Shown one piece after another: positions 1 through 12,501 of a stretch of 64,000 bases of DNA. Under the pieces are notes generated by a model that was not told the DNA's origin, did not search any database, and saw only the letters and a list, made by a program, of their open reading frames with translations. This DNA comes from Antedon mediterranea. Its lineage: Eukaryota; Animalia; Echinodermata. A program made the position numbers and the translations under genes. How positions within the stretch are numbered: position 1 is the first letter of the stretch; the number at the start of each line of letters is the position of its first letter. The stretch spans positions 28,154,437 to 28,218,436 of the forward strand of contig NC_092672.1 of the NCBI RefSeq assembly GCF_964355755.1. Reading direction: 5' to 3'.

Positions 1-1825
1 GAATGTTAAAATCATAACTGGTTATTATTATGATAATACACCTTTGACCTACGACCTGTGGAAAAGCCAGTGTTTCCTGACAAAGTGGTTATATAGATAA
101 TGATACCTCACCTGTATTGTAACACAATAGCACTAAGGTCACGATGAAATGTGGAAAAAATACTGAAGTATACCGCAAAAGCTATCGTAGAAAACAGACC
201 ACGCTCTTCCGAAGGTCAGCCATGGGAACCGATGAGAACTCGGTCGAAAGTTGAAAGTGTTAAAATTATAATAATATTATTATTATTATATAGTTACCCT
301 GGAAATTATGAGTTTCTGTTGTTTACCTCTTTATCTCTGTTTAATTTGTTAAAATACTGTATCAACTTCCTATGCTCATATTGTACATTTGTGCATTTCA
401 AATATGGTACTTAATTTTAAAATATAATAAGATAAAATACATGATGGACATTTGTATTTAACTCAATTTTTACTGTATTTATCTCTAAATATAGTTGGTT
501 TTAATTTCAAAAGTCTACTGTAATTTTGTAAAATAATAAATAACCATAAATCATGTTGATCAAGAAGTTTATTTTCGATTCATCCCCATTTCTGACTCAC
601 AAAAGGCATTGTGGGTAAAAAAGGAGCTTTTTTAACGAGATCATCACGTTTCAAGCCAGGGTTTTATTTCAGGTATATTTTATAGTACACGGTAGATCCC
701 CTCCTTGTCCTAAGGGTACAGTTTGCTATAAAATGAACAACAGAACTGGACCTATTATGTTCTAACACTACCTATATAGAGAAAAAAAAACTTTCAGAAA
801 AACTCCCTATTCAGAGAACCTCTTTTAATGGGACACTGTTTGGTTCTAGAACAGCTTCCCCTTAATAGAATTTTTTAAGATATGCAGCAGAAACTGCCCC
901 ATAAACAATTACTATTACATTGAGAACATTATTGAAGACTATTAACTTATTAAGTGAAATTTAAAACTCTGATTTGGAAATGGACCTTGGATTTCCTAAT
1001 CTATGTAACAACAGTATTAATGCTAACAGTTCTACTAATTGTTAATAATGTAAACGTTGTCTAAAAAGAATTAGGTGCCGCTTTTATCCGAATGACCTTT
1101 CCAATGGCATCTAGATACTCCTGAGGGATGACGGTATTGAAGGCTTACATAGTGCTAGTTACCCAGGGTTTTGCTCAGGGGTGTACATGGGAGGAACACA
1201 GCACATGGCTTACTCTTTGTTGAGGTATTAAGCCATGCTTGTCTTAACTTAATCTTTCCTTTACTTTATAAATTGTTTGTTAAATATATATATTCTCTGG
1301 TGGCTGAGAAAATAACATAGTTTATTTGTTTATGAAAATCTGATTACTGGGCGGGTGTTTGTACTTTCTGTATCAAGGGCATGTGTATGTGCCGAGTAGT
1401 ACCACTAGAGCAGGTCATGTGTTTGTTGGTTAACAAGATGTAGATGAAATGTTAAAAAAATAAAAAAGTATTACATCATTATAAAAGTCTGGAATTTTGA
1501 CCAATCAAAAACGATGGATAATTTAAACTCTTGCTTGTGATTGGTTGGATTTGTGAACCCTTTTAATTTATAATTATATTGCAGACAATTTTAAAACCTC
1601 AGTCAATCATTGATAAAACTATAATGATAATCAGCAAAAATACAAAAGAATAAAGAAACATTGAAATAAAAAACATTATTTTTTACATAATTAACATTAA
1701 CAAACATTAACATTATTAAAAAATTTGTAAACATTAAGAAAATATTATTTTCACCCTGACAACTTTTTAAACTGTTTTTAATATCGATCAATAATAGTTA
1801 TTCACTTTGACCAAAAATGTGTTAT

Positions 1826-2141
1826 AATAGTTATAATAATACAACATTTATATAGCGCCCTTTTCATGAGTAATCATGCTCAAAGGCACTTTACAAGCAT
1901 TATTACCCTAGTATTTTTGTTGGATCAAACACGTATGGAAACATACTCCCATAATGCAGCCAGTAACGAGTGCAAAGTTGTGTCTTGATCTAACCGGGTA
2001 CCCATTTATACACCTGGGTGGAGAGAGGCAAACGTAAGTAAAGTATCTTGCCTACGGATACAAGCAATGCGGCGAGAGTTTGATTCGAACCTAGGTCTGA
2101 CGATCGGTAGTCCAACGTCCAACACACTGCGCCACACGCCC
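1826..2141 (-). mobile_element. tRNA-derived SINE (MetaSINE/V-SINE-like core, L2-like tail)
   Basis: The minus strand begins GGGCGTGTGGCGCAGTG (A box) and contains GGTTCGAATC (B box). The core is GCCTCTCTCCACCCAGGTGTATAAATGGGTACC and the tail is GCGCTATATAAATG followed by TAT-like repeats. A second copy lies at 59663-59892. Confidence 0.75.
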
Positions 2142-3439
2142 TCTGAAAAAGCTATAATTTAAAGCAAAAAAACTAATTTCAACCGTTTAATTATGTCTTT
2201 CTATGTGACCTCATTACATTTGTTTGGGTTTGGGTTAAAATTTCTTATTTCGTATTAAAAAAGAAATCTTGATTATATTAATTTTCATGTTTTTGGAGAA
2301 CAATATACATCTTTAAGTATGAAAAAAAATATGCAAAAAAAAGGTGATTTACTTGGCTTTATTACCAGAAGATTTTAAAATGTAGATCATATTATCAATA
2401 CAAAGGATTTCCTAATCATTTTCTTTATTATATTTATGTACTATTGTAATTCATTTAATTTAATCGTAAAACAAAATAGATTGATTCCATATTTAGCAGG
2501 TGACTTTATTTCGCTGTCAATCTTGCTAATTTTTAATCGGTTGTTTTGTCGTAAAAACAGTGCCTCATTCTGAAATTATTCCGCTTCTCAACATCCATTT
2601 ACCATAAAAATGTTGATAATCTGTAAAAAAACATGATATTAATTCTGATTGAGAGTTAATTAGGTGAAAGTAAATAGCTATTGGATAAGGATTGGTACTT
2701 ATGGAGTAAATTGATATTATCCCCTTCGTAACTGGATCCATTTAAGTCGCTGTTTTACCCCACAGAGTTTGTAAAAATTATTATAAACGTACAAACACTG
2801 TCAGGGATTTAATCCTAGGCCTTTGTACATGCTCAGTTGAGTGTTATTTCATGATAGGGTACACGCCAGCTTTAGGGTATACCTACAATTTCATTGAGTC
2901 GTTGAGACCACTTCTAAATACTTGACCAAAGCGTGCCATACTTCATTCTTTGTTTTGTGCTTGCACATTTCTATCTTTTATTTCTGGTGTTGATAAAAGA
3001 CATATTCAGAGTCTCTTTTTTTTTTTGTTATTTTAGTTTTCATGGTATATATATATATAAATATTATTATTGCTATCTTTTTTGGGGTACCTGCCTATGG
3101 CAGTTTGAAGAAAGATAGACCTGTAGTAGGTATTCACTGATGCCCTTCATCTCAAATAGCGCCTAGAATTCCTTTTCTTGTACTACTCTATTTTGCTCCT
3201 TGTTTTAATCATACTACTACTGTACATTTTGTGTGCCCTTTTGGTGTGTGTGGTTTTTTTTTTTATTTGATCATGTTTTAACTGTATTGTATTGTGTGTA
3301 ATTTTTTTATTTAACCAATTTATTTTTAAGGAATAACTAATAATTATCAAGAAAGAAATATTAGCTGCATAGGCAAGATCATAGTATAAAAATAAAACAG
3401 ACAATGTTCTTGTTTCTGTCTCCAAATAAAATATTTATT

Positions 3440-3478
3440 GCACTAGTACTTTCGACCATAGGTCATCATCAGATACTG
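3440..3478 (-). ncRNA. Minimal hammerhead-ribozyme-like motif (Penelope-type terminal repeat remnant)
   Basis: The minus strand reads CAGTAT-CTGATGA-T-GACC-TAT-GGTC-GAAA-GTAC-TA-GTGC. Both core boxes are present, with a 4-bp helix II, a palindromic helix III (AGTACT) and a weak helix I. Confidence 0.5.
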
Positions 3479-4591
3479 ATAGAATATCGGTAATAGATGA
3501 ATACATAATATGTACCCTTTTGTACCCTTTTTTCCATATTATGGAGAAATGGTACAAAAGACAAGATATATAATTCCTAAACGATTTAAATGATACATTG
3601 AATAATTATCAATATACGAATTGACAGATTTTGCATACAGTATCTCAAATATTAAATTTGAACAAACCTGATAATGTTTCCTCCTAAATAGAAAATTAAT
3701 ATATTTTTCTGAAACTGTTGTGTCAAACAAAATTGATGGTTGAAAAACTAGTTTGAAAGGTAAATCATCATGAAGCACACACACAACACTCGCAATCACA
3801 ATGAGCCAAATGATACGTTGTTCATTGTCAAGAGTTCATCTCCTTTATCCCAGGTGTGTTTTGGAAATTTATAGAGAAGCCTGTGGAATCTGCCAAAACA
3901 ACGTTTTTACTTTGTTTTTGTCGTTCTAGAACTGCTTTAGAAGAGTTCTGCTTTTGTTGCATATTCAGGATTTTTTCTTCATTGAGATGTATTACATTCC
4001 GGAATTGCTTCAGTTCAAGAAGAGTTTTGTTTCTTATTTTTGGAATGTATTATAATGATTGACTGGTGTGTCATCCGTTTACATTCCAGGTGTCATTGTA
4101 ACAAAATTTTAGGTCATTATATTTTGTATGAAATTGTAAAATATGTTGTTGTGAACTCATGATGGAACTTGTTATTTTATTTTCTGTTAAATTGTAAAAT
4201 AGGTTGTTCGAGGTAAAAATATACTTGTTAATTACCAACCTCTGAATAAATTTCAGTTGAGGAAGGGTCCACCCTCCCCCCTCTCTCTCTCTTTCTTAAA
4301 GTATTACATTTTAATAGGTCATATTTTAATAGGTCACGTTGATTTATGCTACCATTTTAAAATAAACTGACACCACACTTTAAAACATGAAAAAATGAAT
4401 TACTCATTTTCAACTTCAAGAAAACCATTTAATGCAATAAAATTGTTCTTGTACACTTGTCATAATCGAATGTTATGGTTTTTATTTTGTTAAAAAAAAA
4501 TATTTCCCTCCCTCTTCCTCCTGAAAATCGGTAGGGAGAGTGGATGATGATTAAACAGGTATGTATAAATATATATTTACACACATTAATT

Positions 4592-4746
4592 CAAACCGCC
4601 CGGTGATATACTGAAATTGAATTAATTAATTTGAAACGATAAAGATGAGGAAATCTGTGAAAATGAGCAAAAGTCCCTCCAACTGAGATTCGAACCCGGA
4701 ACTTCTGCTTGATATGCAGATGTCCTAACCGTTAGACCACTGGGCC
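4592..4746 (-). mobile_element. tRNA-like dispersed repeat (SINE head), family copy 1
   Basis: The minus strand reads GGCCCAGTGGTCTAACGGTTAGGACATCTGCATATCAAGCAGAAGTTCCGGGTTCGAATC, with A/B boxes and an anticodon-like stem. About 80 bp of non-tRNA flank is shared with the copy at 56510-56649. Confidence 0.65.
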
Positions 4747-5743
4747 TTTTATATATATATTTTTTGTCTAATGGTGGAATGTGTTATAAAGGTAACATCT
4801 TATTTATAATGTACAACTTTAATGATCTTAATAAAATACAAATTACAAATTGATATTGTTGTGAATTAATTAACTAATTCCAACAACTATTTAAAAAATG
4901 ATCAGGTCATTTATGATACTATAAACTCCCAGACTGAATTCATTTTAAAATAATTTTCTAAACTCATTGTCTGTTTTAACGAGACTTTAACAAATTAGGG
5001 TGAATTTTATTCAGGTTAAGTCGATTAGGTCATACACCCTAATAATAGGTGGTAAGAATTGGTGTGCCGAAGCTTAACTTCTTAGTACATATTACAAGCA
5101 ATTATTCTACAAAGCATATAGTTAACAAGATTACAATGATCTGACCGTGTTTAACCTTACTTACATATTATATCCTAACATTATAAGATAATTTTTTTTG
5201 TGTTTATAGGTAAATAGCAAGTAAGTAGCAATGGCGCATATCTGTTTTTAAAGCACTCAATAAGCACCACCCTCTTCTTCTCCTCCAGTTGCATTTTCTG
5301 ATAAAAAAAAAAAAAAAACAAAAAGCTCTGATTTTAAGAGGTCATAAGAATTTTTTCTTTATATTTATTACTTTTGGGGTTTTGCTCGCACAAAGTGATG
5401 GATCATCTCTCTCACTTTCAACTTCATTAATGTTTTTACCATCTGTTTTCATAATTTTTACCATTTGTTTGATATAAAGAATTTTATACACATTGGTAAT
5501 TACAAACCAGATGAACATTTACGATCATCCAAAAATAACTCTTGGACAACTGGCCGACAATTTAAAATCCCCCCTCCCCCTCATCTTTCTTCCCTCTATG
5601 GATATGAAGTTTGAAATATAGATAAATGAATGAATATTTAAACCCCACATCCAAAACAAAATTCTTATAATTTAGCCTAAACAATAGATTTTTTTTTTCT
5701 AAAATACATTTAGGCAAATTGCCAAGGAGAATTCATTCACTAA

Positions 5744-5922
5744 AGCGTGGTTCCCACTAGAACGTAACGCAAGGACGTAAACGCAACGCAAGCGTTTTAA
5801 CCAATGACAAGCGAAGTTAGAGACAGTTAGCAATCACAAGCGAATAAGCCATCGCTTGTGATTGGTCAATTCACTTGCATTGCGTTACGTCCTTGTGTTG
5901 CGTCGCTAGTGGGAACCACGCT
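5744..5922. mobile_element. 179-bp MITE, PIF/Harbinger (Tourist)-like, family A
   Basis: TIRs are AGCGTGGTTCCCACTAG...CTAGTGGGAACCACGCT, with TAA on both sides (5741-43, 5923-25). A near-identical copy lies at 39311-39489. Confidence 0.85.
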
Positions 5923-6025
5923 TAAGGTGCCAATCCTGTTCACAAGACAAACAAAGTACGCAAGATGCTCTACTTAAACAAAGTCTTATTTACAAGTGTA
6001 ATTGAGAGTGGAGTTGTAAATTGTC

Positions 6026-6292
6026 ATTAGAAAAAATGCTGACACTAACAGGTCTTGAATCCAGACCCATTTGATTGGTAGCAAGCAATTTCGTTATTTT
6101 TTATTAGAATAATAGATGGGACCTAATATAACAAACGTTTTTTCTCTCTGAATCACTTAGTATTAGAAAAAGGCTGACACTAACAGGACTTGAACCCAGA
6201 CCCCTTTGATTGGTAGCAAGCAATTTAGTTATTCTTGATTTAGAATAATAGATGGGACCTAATACAAGAAACGTTTTTGCTCTCTGAGTCAC
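6026..6292 (-). repeat. About 135-bp tandem duplication containing a degenerate tRNA/SINE-like segment
   Basis: ATTAGAAAAA.GCTGACACTAACAGG...GGGACCTAATA...CTCTCTGA.TCAC occurs twice in tandem. The minus strand has a B-box-like GGGTTCAAGTCC. Confidence 0.6.
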
Positions 6293-6886
6293 GTTGTATG
6301 AGATTAATTAGTGTTGATACCACCTGGCAAGGTCTGATCGATGTGTCCTCGCTTTTTATCAGCTTGTTTGGCGTGTGGCTCCAATTCTGTCTAATTAGTC
6401 CCAAAAAATTGGTATTTTCAGACAATTGAACAGGGGTGCATTGACCTTTGACATTTACAACCCAGTTTTTATTATTAAATCGTTAGACTGTAAAGGGATA
6501 AGTAATCATGTGAAAATTGTTAATGAACTTATTTAACCCCTTAGCCTGTATGACTATTTGAAAAATAAAGAACATTAAATGCTTAATTTCCCTTAACGCC
6601 TACACTTAAATGAAATAAGTTTAGACTACTCTCTATCTTCCAAATCCAGTCCTAAATAGCTGTCAAGTTTCAACTTAAGTGTATTGACTGAGTGGGGATA
6701 ATTAATTAATGCAGGGCATTCAAATAATGAATTATTCTTATTTTAATTTCCTTATTTAACCTAAATTTATTTCCTATATTTATTTGGAAATTTTATTTAA
6801 ATTATTTGCTTGGTTTCAATTACGTTTATTATTATTTATAAATAAAAAAATATAGATAAAAAAAGAATGAAAGTGAAAAAAAGCTC

Positions 6887-7023
6887 AACAATTTCTTAAG
6901 GAGAATTTTATTTTTCGTATGTGTTAAATTCTAAATAAATAAATTAGTAAAACATGCTTGATTTTTTTCTATGATTTTTTTTTTTTTTTTACAGAGAGAG
7001 TTCGGAGAATTCAGGAGAAATAA
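6887..7023 (+). pseudogene. Duplicated OPA1 3' splice acceptor plus truncated terminal exon (RVRRIQEK*)
   Basis: About 135 bp are nearly identical to 7732-7862, including the poly-T tract and ACAG acceptor. From 6995 it reads AG AGA GTT CGG AGA ATT CAG GAG AAA TAA. Confidence 0.75.
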
Positions 7024-7835
7024 TATAGTGTAAAAAAAACGTGTTACCAATTTAGGAGAAAAAAAACTGTCACCAAACATATTGTAAAAATGTGTTTTAC
7101 ATTTTTTAATTTTTGCAATACTTGTGGAAATAAGTATAAATGTCTTATTTTAATAATAATCTATATTAAACTATTGTATTATGACTGAAATCTTATTTTG
7201 ATACTAATTTTTATCTAAACTATTGTATTATGACTTTTTTGTTTGTTTCGTTATTTATAGCTCGCAAACATGATTTTCATTCTGATGTGTCTACCTTTAA
7301 CTCGTCATTCTACTTATCAAATCCAAATAAATATGTGTCACCTTCAAATGAAGTTTTCAAAAATTAGTAATGCATTCCTTAAACACGTTGTGTTGGAAAT
7401 GTTCAACATGTCATGTACACGATAATGTGCTTGATTCATTTTCACATGCCATGTAAGCAAACACAGGGTGTCGCGACAAGCACATGCTGCGAACTATGTC
7501 GTTTACATATGTTAGTACTTATTGCTTTGGGAAAACTGTCTATTAAATTATATTGTACAACAATAGATGTATGCTTATGGGTTAAAAAGACCTACAAATG
7601 TATGTGGGTGGAGGTGGGAAAAGGTGCATGAACTCTGAAATTTTAAAGACTTATTTTTTGTACTGGTGGAGTGTTGGTGCATTGATGTTAACAGGGCATA
7701 GACGGACATCCGGGACAACAAACTTTTTGCAAACAATTTCTTAAGGAGAATTTTATTTTTCGTATGTGTTAAATTCTAAATAAATAAATTAGTAAAACAT
7801 GCTTGATTTTTTCTATAATTTTTTTTTTTTTACAG

Positions 7836-7900
7836 AGAGAGTTCGGAGAATTCAGGAGAAATTAGAGGACTTTATAGCCGCTCTTAACAAAGAGAAATAA
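7836..7900 (+). CDS. OPA1: Last coding exon of mitochondrial dynamin-like GTPase OPA1 (upstream exons not found in the window)
   Basis: A poly-T-ACAG acceptor precedes a 65-nt phase-1 exon encoding RVRRIQEKLEDFIAALNKEK*. This matches the recalled human OPA1 C-terminus [26 protein letters not shown] motifs follow near 7977, 8004 and 8133. Confidence 0.85.
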
Positions 7901-9160
7901 GGTGATGAGAACAGGATTTTGCGTGAAAAGTTAATGATAGTAACAAGGTGGAAAAAAAAGAACATGGGATATTGTAAATAAAAGGAAGCAACCAAGAAAA
8001 GGAAATAAAAACAAAGAATTTGTATAATTAGGAAGTTTCTAGAGAAAGTTACAGGTGTGTTTTGGAGTAGTTTTCACAATTATAATGCTGTACTTGAATG
8101 AGACTACCCTATTTGTGTGAATGGTATGTTCCAATAAAGTACAGCTGTGACATTGATTTGTTAAAAGATTGATGATGAGCACTCCCCATTATGGTACCAG
8201 GGGTACACAAATGAAAAATTGGGATTAATAGTATTTAAATATATATAAAGCTATTTAATAGTTTTTTTTATAATTATGAAAACAAATGAAATTTTTAAGC
8301 AGTTATTAAAATGTTTGCTTTTGGGATTGAATATTTGTCTTTACTGGTAAAGAGAAAATAAATTGCATTTTAAGATAAAAAAATTGTATGAATGTGGAAT
8401 TAAAATGGAAGGAATTCATTTTACCCAAACTTATACAATAGTGCTACAACAAGGTCTTCTTTTAGCATACATTTTAAAACTCTCAAACTATTTTTAAAAT
8501 AGTTTTTATCAGAACTAAATATTCTATAATTGTAAACAACAAAGAAAAAAATGACCATAAAATTAAAAATGTTTTTTTTTTCCACTCCTTTGATTCCTAT
8601 AACCCATATGCCACCCACCCTTACCCATTAGACACCCAACTCTCCTCTCTGACTATACCATGAAAAGCCCCACCTGTCTCACTCTTGAAAAAACAAAGGA
8701 TATTAATGTATTGTGTGGTATTACAGTAGAACTCCTATTAAGGAGACACCACTGGATCCTAAGAAAGTGTCACCTTAACAGAGATTTCCCTTGAATAGTG
8801 ATTAAAATACATACTCTCCCTTGTTCATTTGACAGAAAATTGTCCTCTTGAAAAGGATGCCCCCTGAATAGGGGTGTCCCAAAAAAGATACCCGGGAAAA
8901 ACAAGAGTAAAATTATTAAGATGATGTAATTTTTTTTTTGTATAAATACTATTGTATGGTACGTGTACACCAACCAGGGAGCGTAAAATAATTTATTCAT
9001 AGCATCATTTAAAAATATGCAAATAGTAATAATTTTAAAAGCATTATTCATAGTGTAACACATTGCTTGAAATGTTGCATCTGAAAATAAATATACAGTT
9101 TCTGAAATTGCATTTCTTCTCTTTATTATCTGACTTCATTTAATATTTTAATAATAGTTG

Positions 9161-11023
9161 CCCACTAGCCAATTGTCACCAGTCTTGGTTGTGGCTCGTT
9201 CTGCTGTCCCACTAGCCCATCTTGTGAACTGTCACCAGTCTTGGTTGTGGCTCTTCCTGGTGTCCAACTAGCCCACTTTGTGAATTGTCACCAGTCTTGG
9301 TTGTGGCTCGTTCTGCTGACCCACTAGCCCATCTTGTGAATTGTCACCAGTCTTGGTTGTGGCTCGTCCTGGTGTCCCACTAGCCCATCTTGTGAATTGT
9401 CACCAGTCTTGGTTGTGGCTCGTCCTGGTGTCCCACTAGCCCATCTTGTGAATTGTCACCAGTCTTGGTTGTGGCTCGTTCTGCTGTCCCACTAGCCCAT
9501 CTTGTGAATTGTCACCAGTCTTGGTTGTGGCTCGTTCTGTTGTCCCGCTAGCCCATCTTATGAATTGTCAACAGTCTTGGTTGTGGCTCGTTCTGTTGTC
9601 CCGCTAGCCCATCTTGTGAAATGTCACCAGTCTTGGTTATGGCTCGTTCTGTTGTCCCACTAGCCCATCTTATGAATTTTCAACAGTCTTGGTTGTGGCT
9701 CGTCCTGGTGTCCAACTAGCCCATCTTGTGAATTGTCACCAGTCTTGGTTGTGGCTCGTTCTTTTGTCCCGCTAGCCCATCGTGTGAAATGTCACCAGTC
9801 TTGGTTGTGGCTCGTTCTGTTGTCCCACTAGCCCATCTTATGAATTTTCAACAGTCTTGGTTGTGGCTCATCCTGGTGTCCAACTAGCCCACTTTGTGAA
9901 TTGTCATCAGTCTTGGTTGTGGCTCGTTCTGTTGTCCCACTAGCCCATCTTGTGAATTGTCACCACTCTTGGTTGTGGCTCGTCCTGGTGTCCAACTAGC
10001 CCATCTTGTGAATTGTCACCAGTCTTGGTTGTGGCTCGTCCTGGTGTCCAACTAGCCCATCTTGTGAATTGTCACCAGTCTTGGTTGTGGCTCGTCCTGG
10101 TTTCCCACTAGCCCACTTTGTGAATTGTCATCAGTCTTGGTTGTGGCTCGTCCTGGTGTCCCACTAGCCCACTTTGTGAATTTTCAACAGTCTTGGTTGT
10201 GGCTCGTCCTGGTGTCCAACTAGCCCACTTTGTGAATTGTCATCAGTCTTGGTTGTGGCTCGTCCTGGTGTCCCACTAGCCAGTTTATGAATTGTAACCA
10301 CTCTTGATTGTGGCTCGTCCTGGTGTCCAACTAGCCCACTTCGTGAATTGTCACCAGTCTTGGTTGTGGCTCGTCCTGGTTTCCCACTAACCCATCTTAT
10401 GAATTGTCACCAGTCTTGGTTGTGGCTCGTTCTGTTGTCCCGCTAGCCCATCTTGTGAAATGTCACCAGTCTTGGTTGTGGCTCGTCCTGGTGTCCCACT
10501 AACCCATCTTATGAATTATCACCAGTCTTGGTTGTGGCTCGTCCTGGTGTCCCACTAACCCATCTTATGAATTGTCACCAGTCTTGGTTGTGGCTCGTCC
10601 TGGTTTCCCACATAGCCCATCTTGTGAATTGTCACCAGTCTTGGTTGGGGCTTGTCCTGGTTTCCCACTAATCCATCCTATGAATTGTCACCAGTCTTGG
10701 TTGTGGCTCGTCCTGGTGTCCAACTAGCCCACTTTGTGACTTGTCACCAGTCTTGGTTGTGGCTTGTCCTGATGTCCCACTAGCCATTTTATGAATTGTC
10801 ACCAGTCTTGGTTGTGGCTCGTCGTGGTGTCCAACTAGCCCACTTTGTAAATTGTCACCAGTCTTGGTTGTGGCTCGTCCTGGTGTCCAACTAGCCCACT
10901 TTGTAAATTGTCACCAGTCTTGGTTGTGGCTCGTCCTGGTGTCCCACTAGCCATTTTATGAATTGTCACCAGTCTTGGTTGTGGCTCGTCCTGGTGTCCC
11001 ACTAGCCCATCTTGTGATTTGTC
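9161..11023. repeat. Minisatellite, 56-bp unit, about 33 copies
   Basis: The unit is GCCCATCTTGTGAATTGTCACCAGTCTTGGTTGTGGCTCGTCCTGGTGTCCCACTA. The 56-bp period was checked at 9181/9237. There are no unique spacers. Confidence 0.97.
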
Positions 11024-12449
11024 CCATCTCAGTGTTATGCTACAGGTTTCATTATCAATAATTAAATTAAATTGAATAGAAAATGAAACATGGGGGCAAC
11101 AATAAATTTTATATTAATCTATAGAAATTACTATGTGAAAGTTTTAAACGCCATGAATGACCACTGTATTTTTGGATCAGGTCTATAATAGACATATGTA
11201 GCCTACCTATGTAATATTAGCCACTACAGAAAACAGTAAATTCGCTTTCAATCTTAGAGATGAATTTTAACATAAAAGCGTTCTCTTATACACCAGCTTA
11301 TGGGGTTGTGTTTTTTTTAGCCCTTCCCAGGACTAGCTAATATTAGATATTAATTTGGTTACCGAACCTACTCAAAATTCGTATGTACGTGACCTAGCCT
11401 ATGTCAACCAGACGACAGGCACGTCCGGTGGTTTATTTACTCCGTCTCGTTTGTCAACTTTAGACCAATCAGATTGATGCACTATAATTAGTAAAAAACT
11501 GTTCGATAACATACGTGACATGCGCACGACTACTCGCAACTAAATCGACGTCGTGATAGTTTCGCTATTACGCCGAATATGTAAGCACACAATAATTTAT
11601 AACAGTGGCTTACCACTTGGCCCTGTTTTTGCCGCCAAGAATGCACCGTGTATATATATAAGGTTATTTTTTTGTTTGAGCAGAAATGGGTGTCATAAAA
11701 AATATACTTTTTAGATCGAGTTGGAGTCATAAAACGTCACCGATGATCGCTTACGGCCTTGTAATGAAATAATATAGATATACTGGTAATTCCATATCGG
11801 AACATCCAGATGACCTTTGTACAAACAAATTGATTAATTTTATTTTTTATTATCCGTTCTCTGCATTGAATTGATTAGTTCCGGAACTATTTGGACCCTT
11901 ACTCAGTTGTAGCTGTTAGACCCTATTGTTCTAATTTTTATTGTGTATGCATTTCTCCAACATGATCCACACCGGTAATTGCCGTGTTTTTGTGGAGGAC
12001 TTTAAACTTCTAAAACTAATTAGGCCTACGCTACCTTTCAATGGGTTTTATTGTGCATAGAATTTGCTCTTCACATTTTGAAATTACATAGTACCGTATA
12101 TAGTAGCAATATTAGTATAGGCCCACTCTTGTTTAGTTTCATTGAAATTTCTTTTCAGTGTTATTGCTTTGCCTACAATGTGTATTTGATGGAGTTTTAT
12201 GATAAATTGTTTTTCTAAGGTCTACTAACAAACCAGGGAGCTGAGGTATTTTATTAATTATACAGTACCTCCATGGATAAACTACGATCGGCCATTCACA
12301 CCATTTACAGCATTCATTTCGAAAGTAAGCCCCCCTCTTTTAGTTTGCAAAAGTACCGTAATCTCGAAAAAGAAGCCCATCCAGCTCAGTCCTAATGAAA
12401 AAAGAATAGTTTCGAGGTTTTACAGTATGCTGCCTATTTATGCTCTTAA

Positions 12450-12501
12450 AGGGGGGTTCCGGGTTTAAAATGAATAGCAATTTTAAACCCAGAATCCCCC
12501 T
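12450..12501. mobile_element. 52-bp palindromic mini-element flanked by TTAA (Kolobok-like)
   Basis: TTAA-AGGGGGGTTCCGGGTTTAAAAT-gaatagca-ATTTTAAACCCAGAATCCCCCT-TTAA. Confidence 0.65.

Noticed and set aside
225-255. Hammerhead-like CCGATGAGAACTCGGTCGAAAG
   Set aside because: The core has CCGA instead of CTGA, and helices I and II do not pair convincingly.
4680-4746. Possible tRNA gene (also 56575-56649 and 6170-6225)
   Set aside because: The acceptor stem does not pair well, copies are diverged, and shared non-tRNA flanks indicate SINE-type repeats.
1-6886. Penultimate OPA1 exon (expected ...LLTG.RV.LAE.L)
   Set aside because: No matching exon was found by eye, so it is presumed to lie upstream of the window.
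9161-11023. Regular repeat array resembling CRISPR or a coding repeat
   Set aside because: Units are contiguous with no unique spacers, the 56-bp period is not a multiple of 3, there are no cas genes and the context is eukaryotic.
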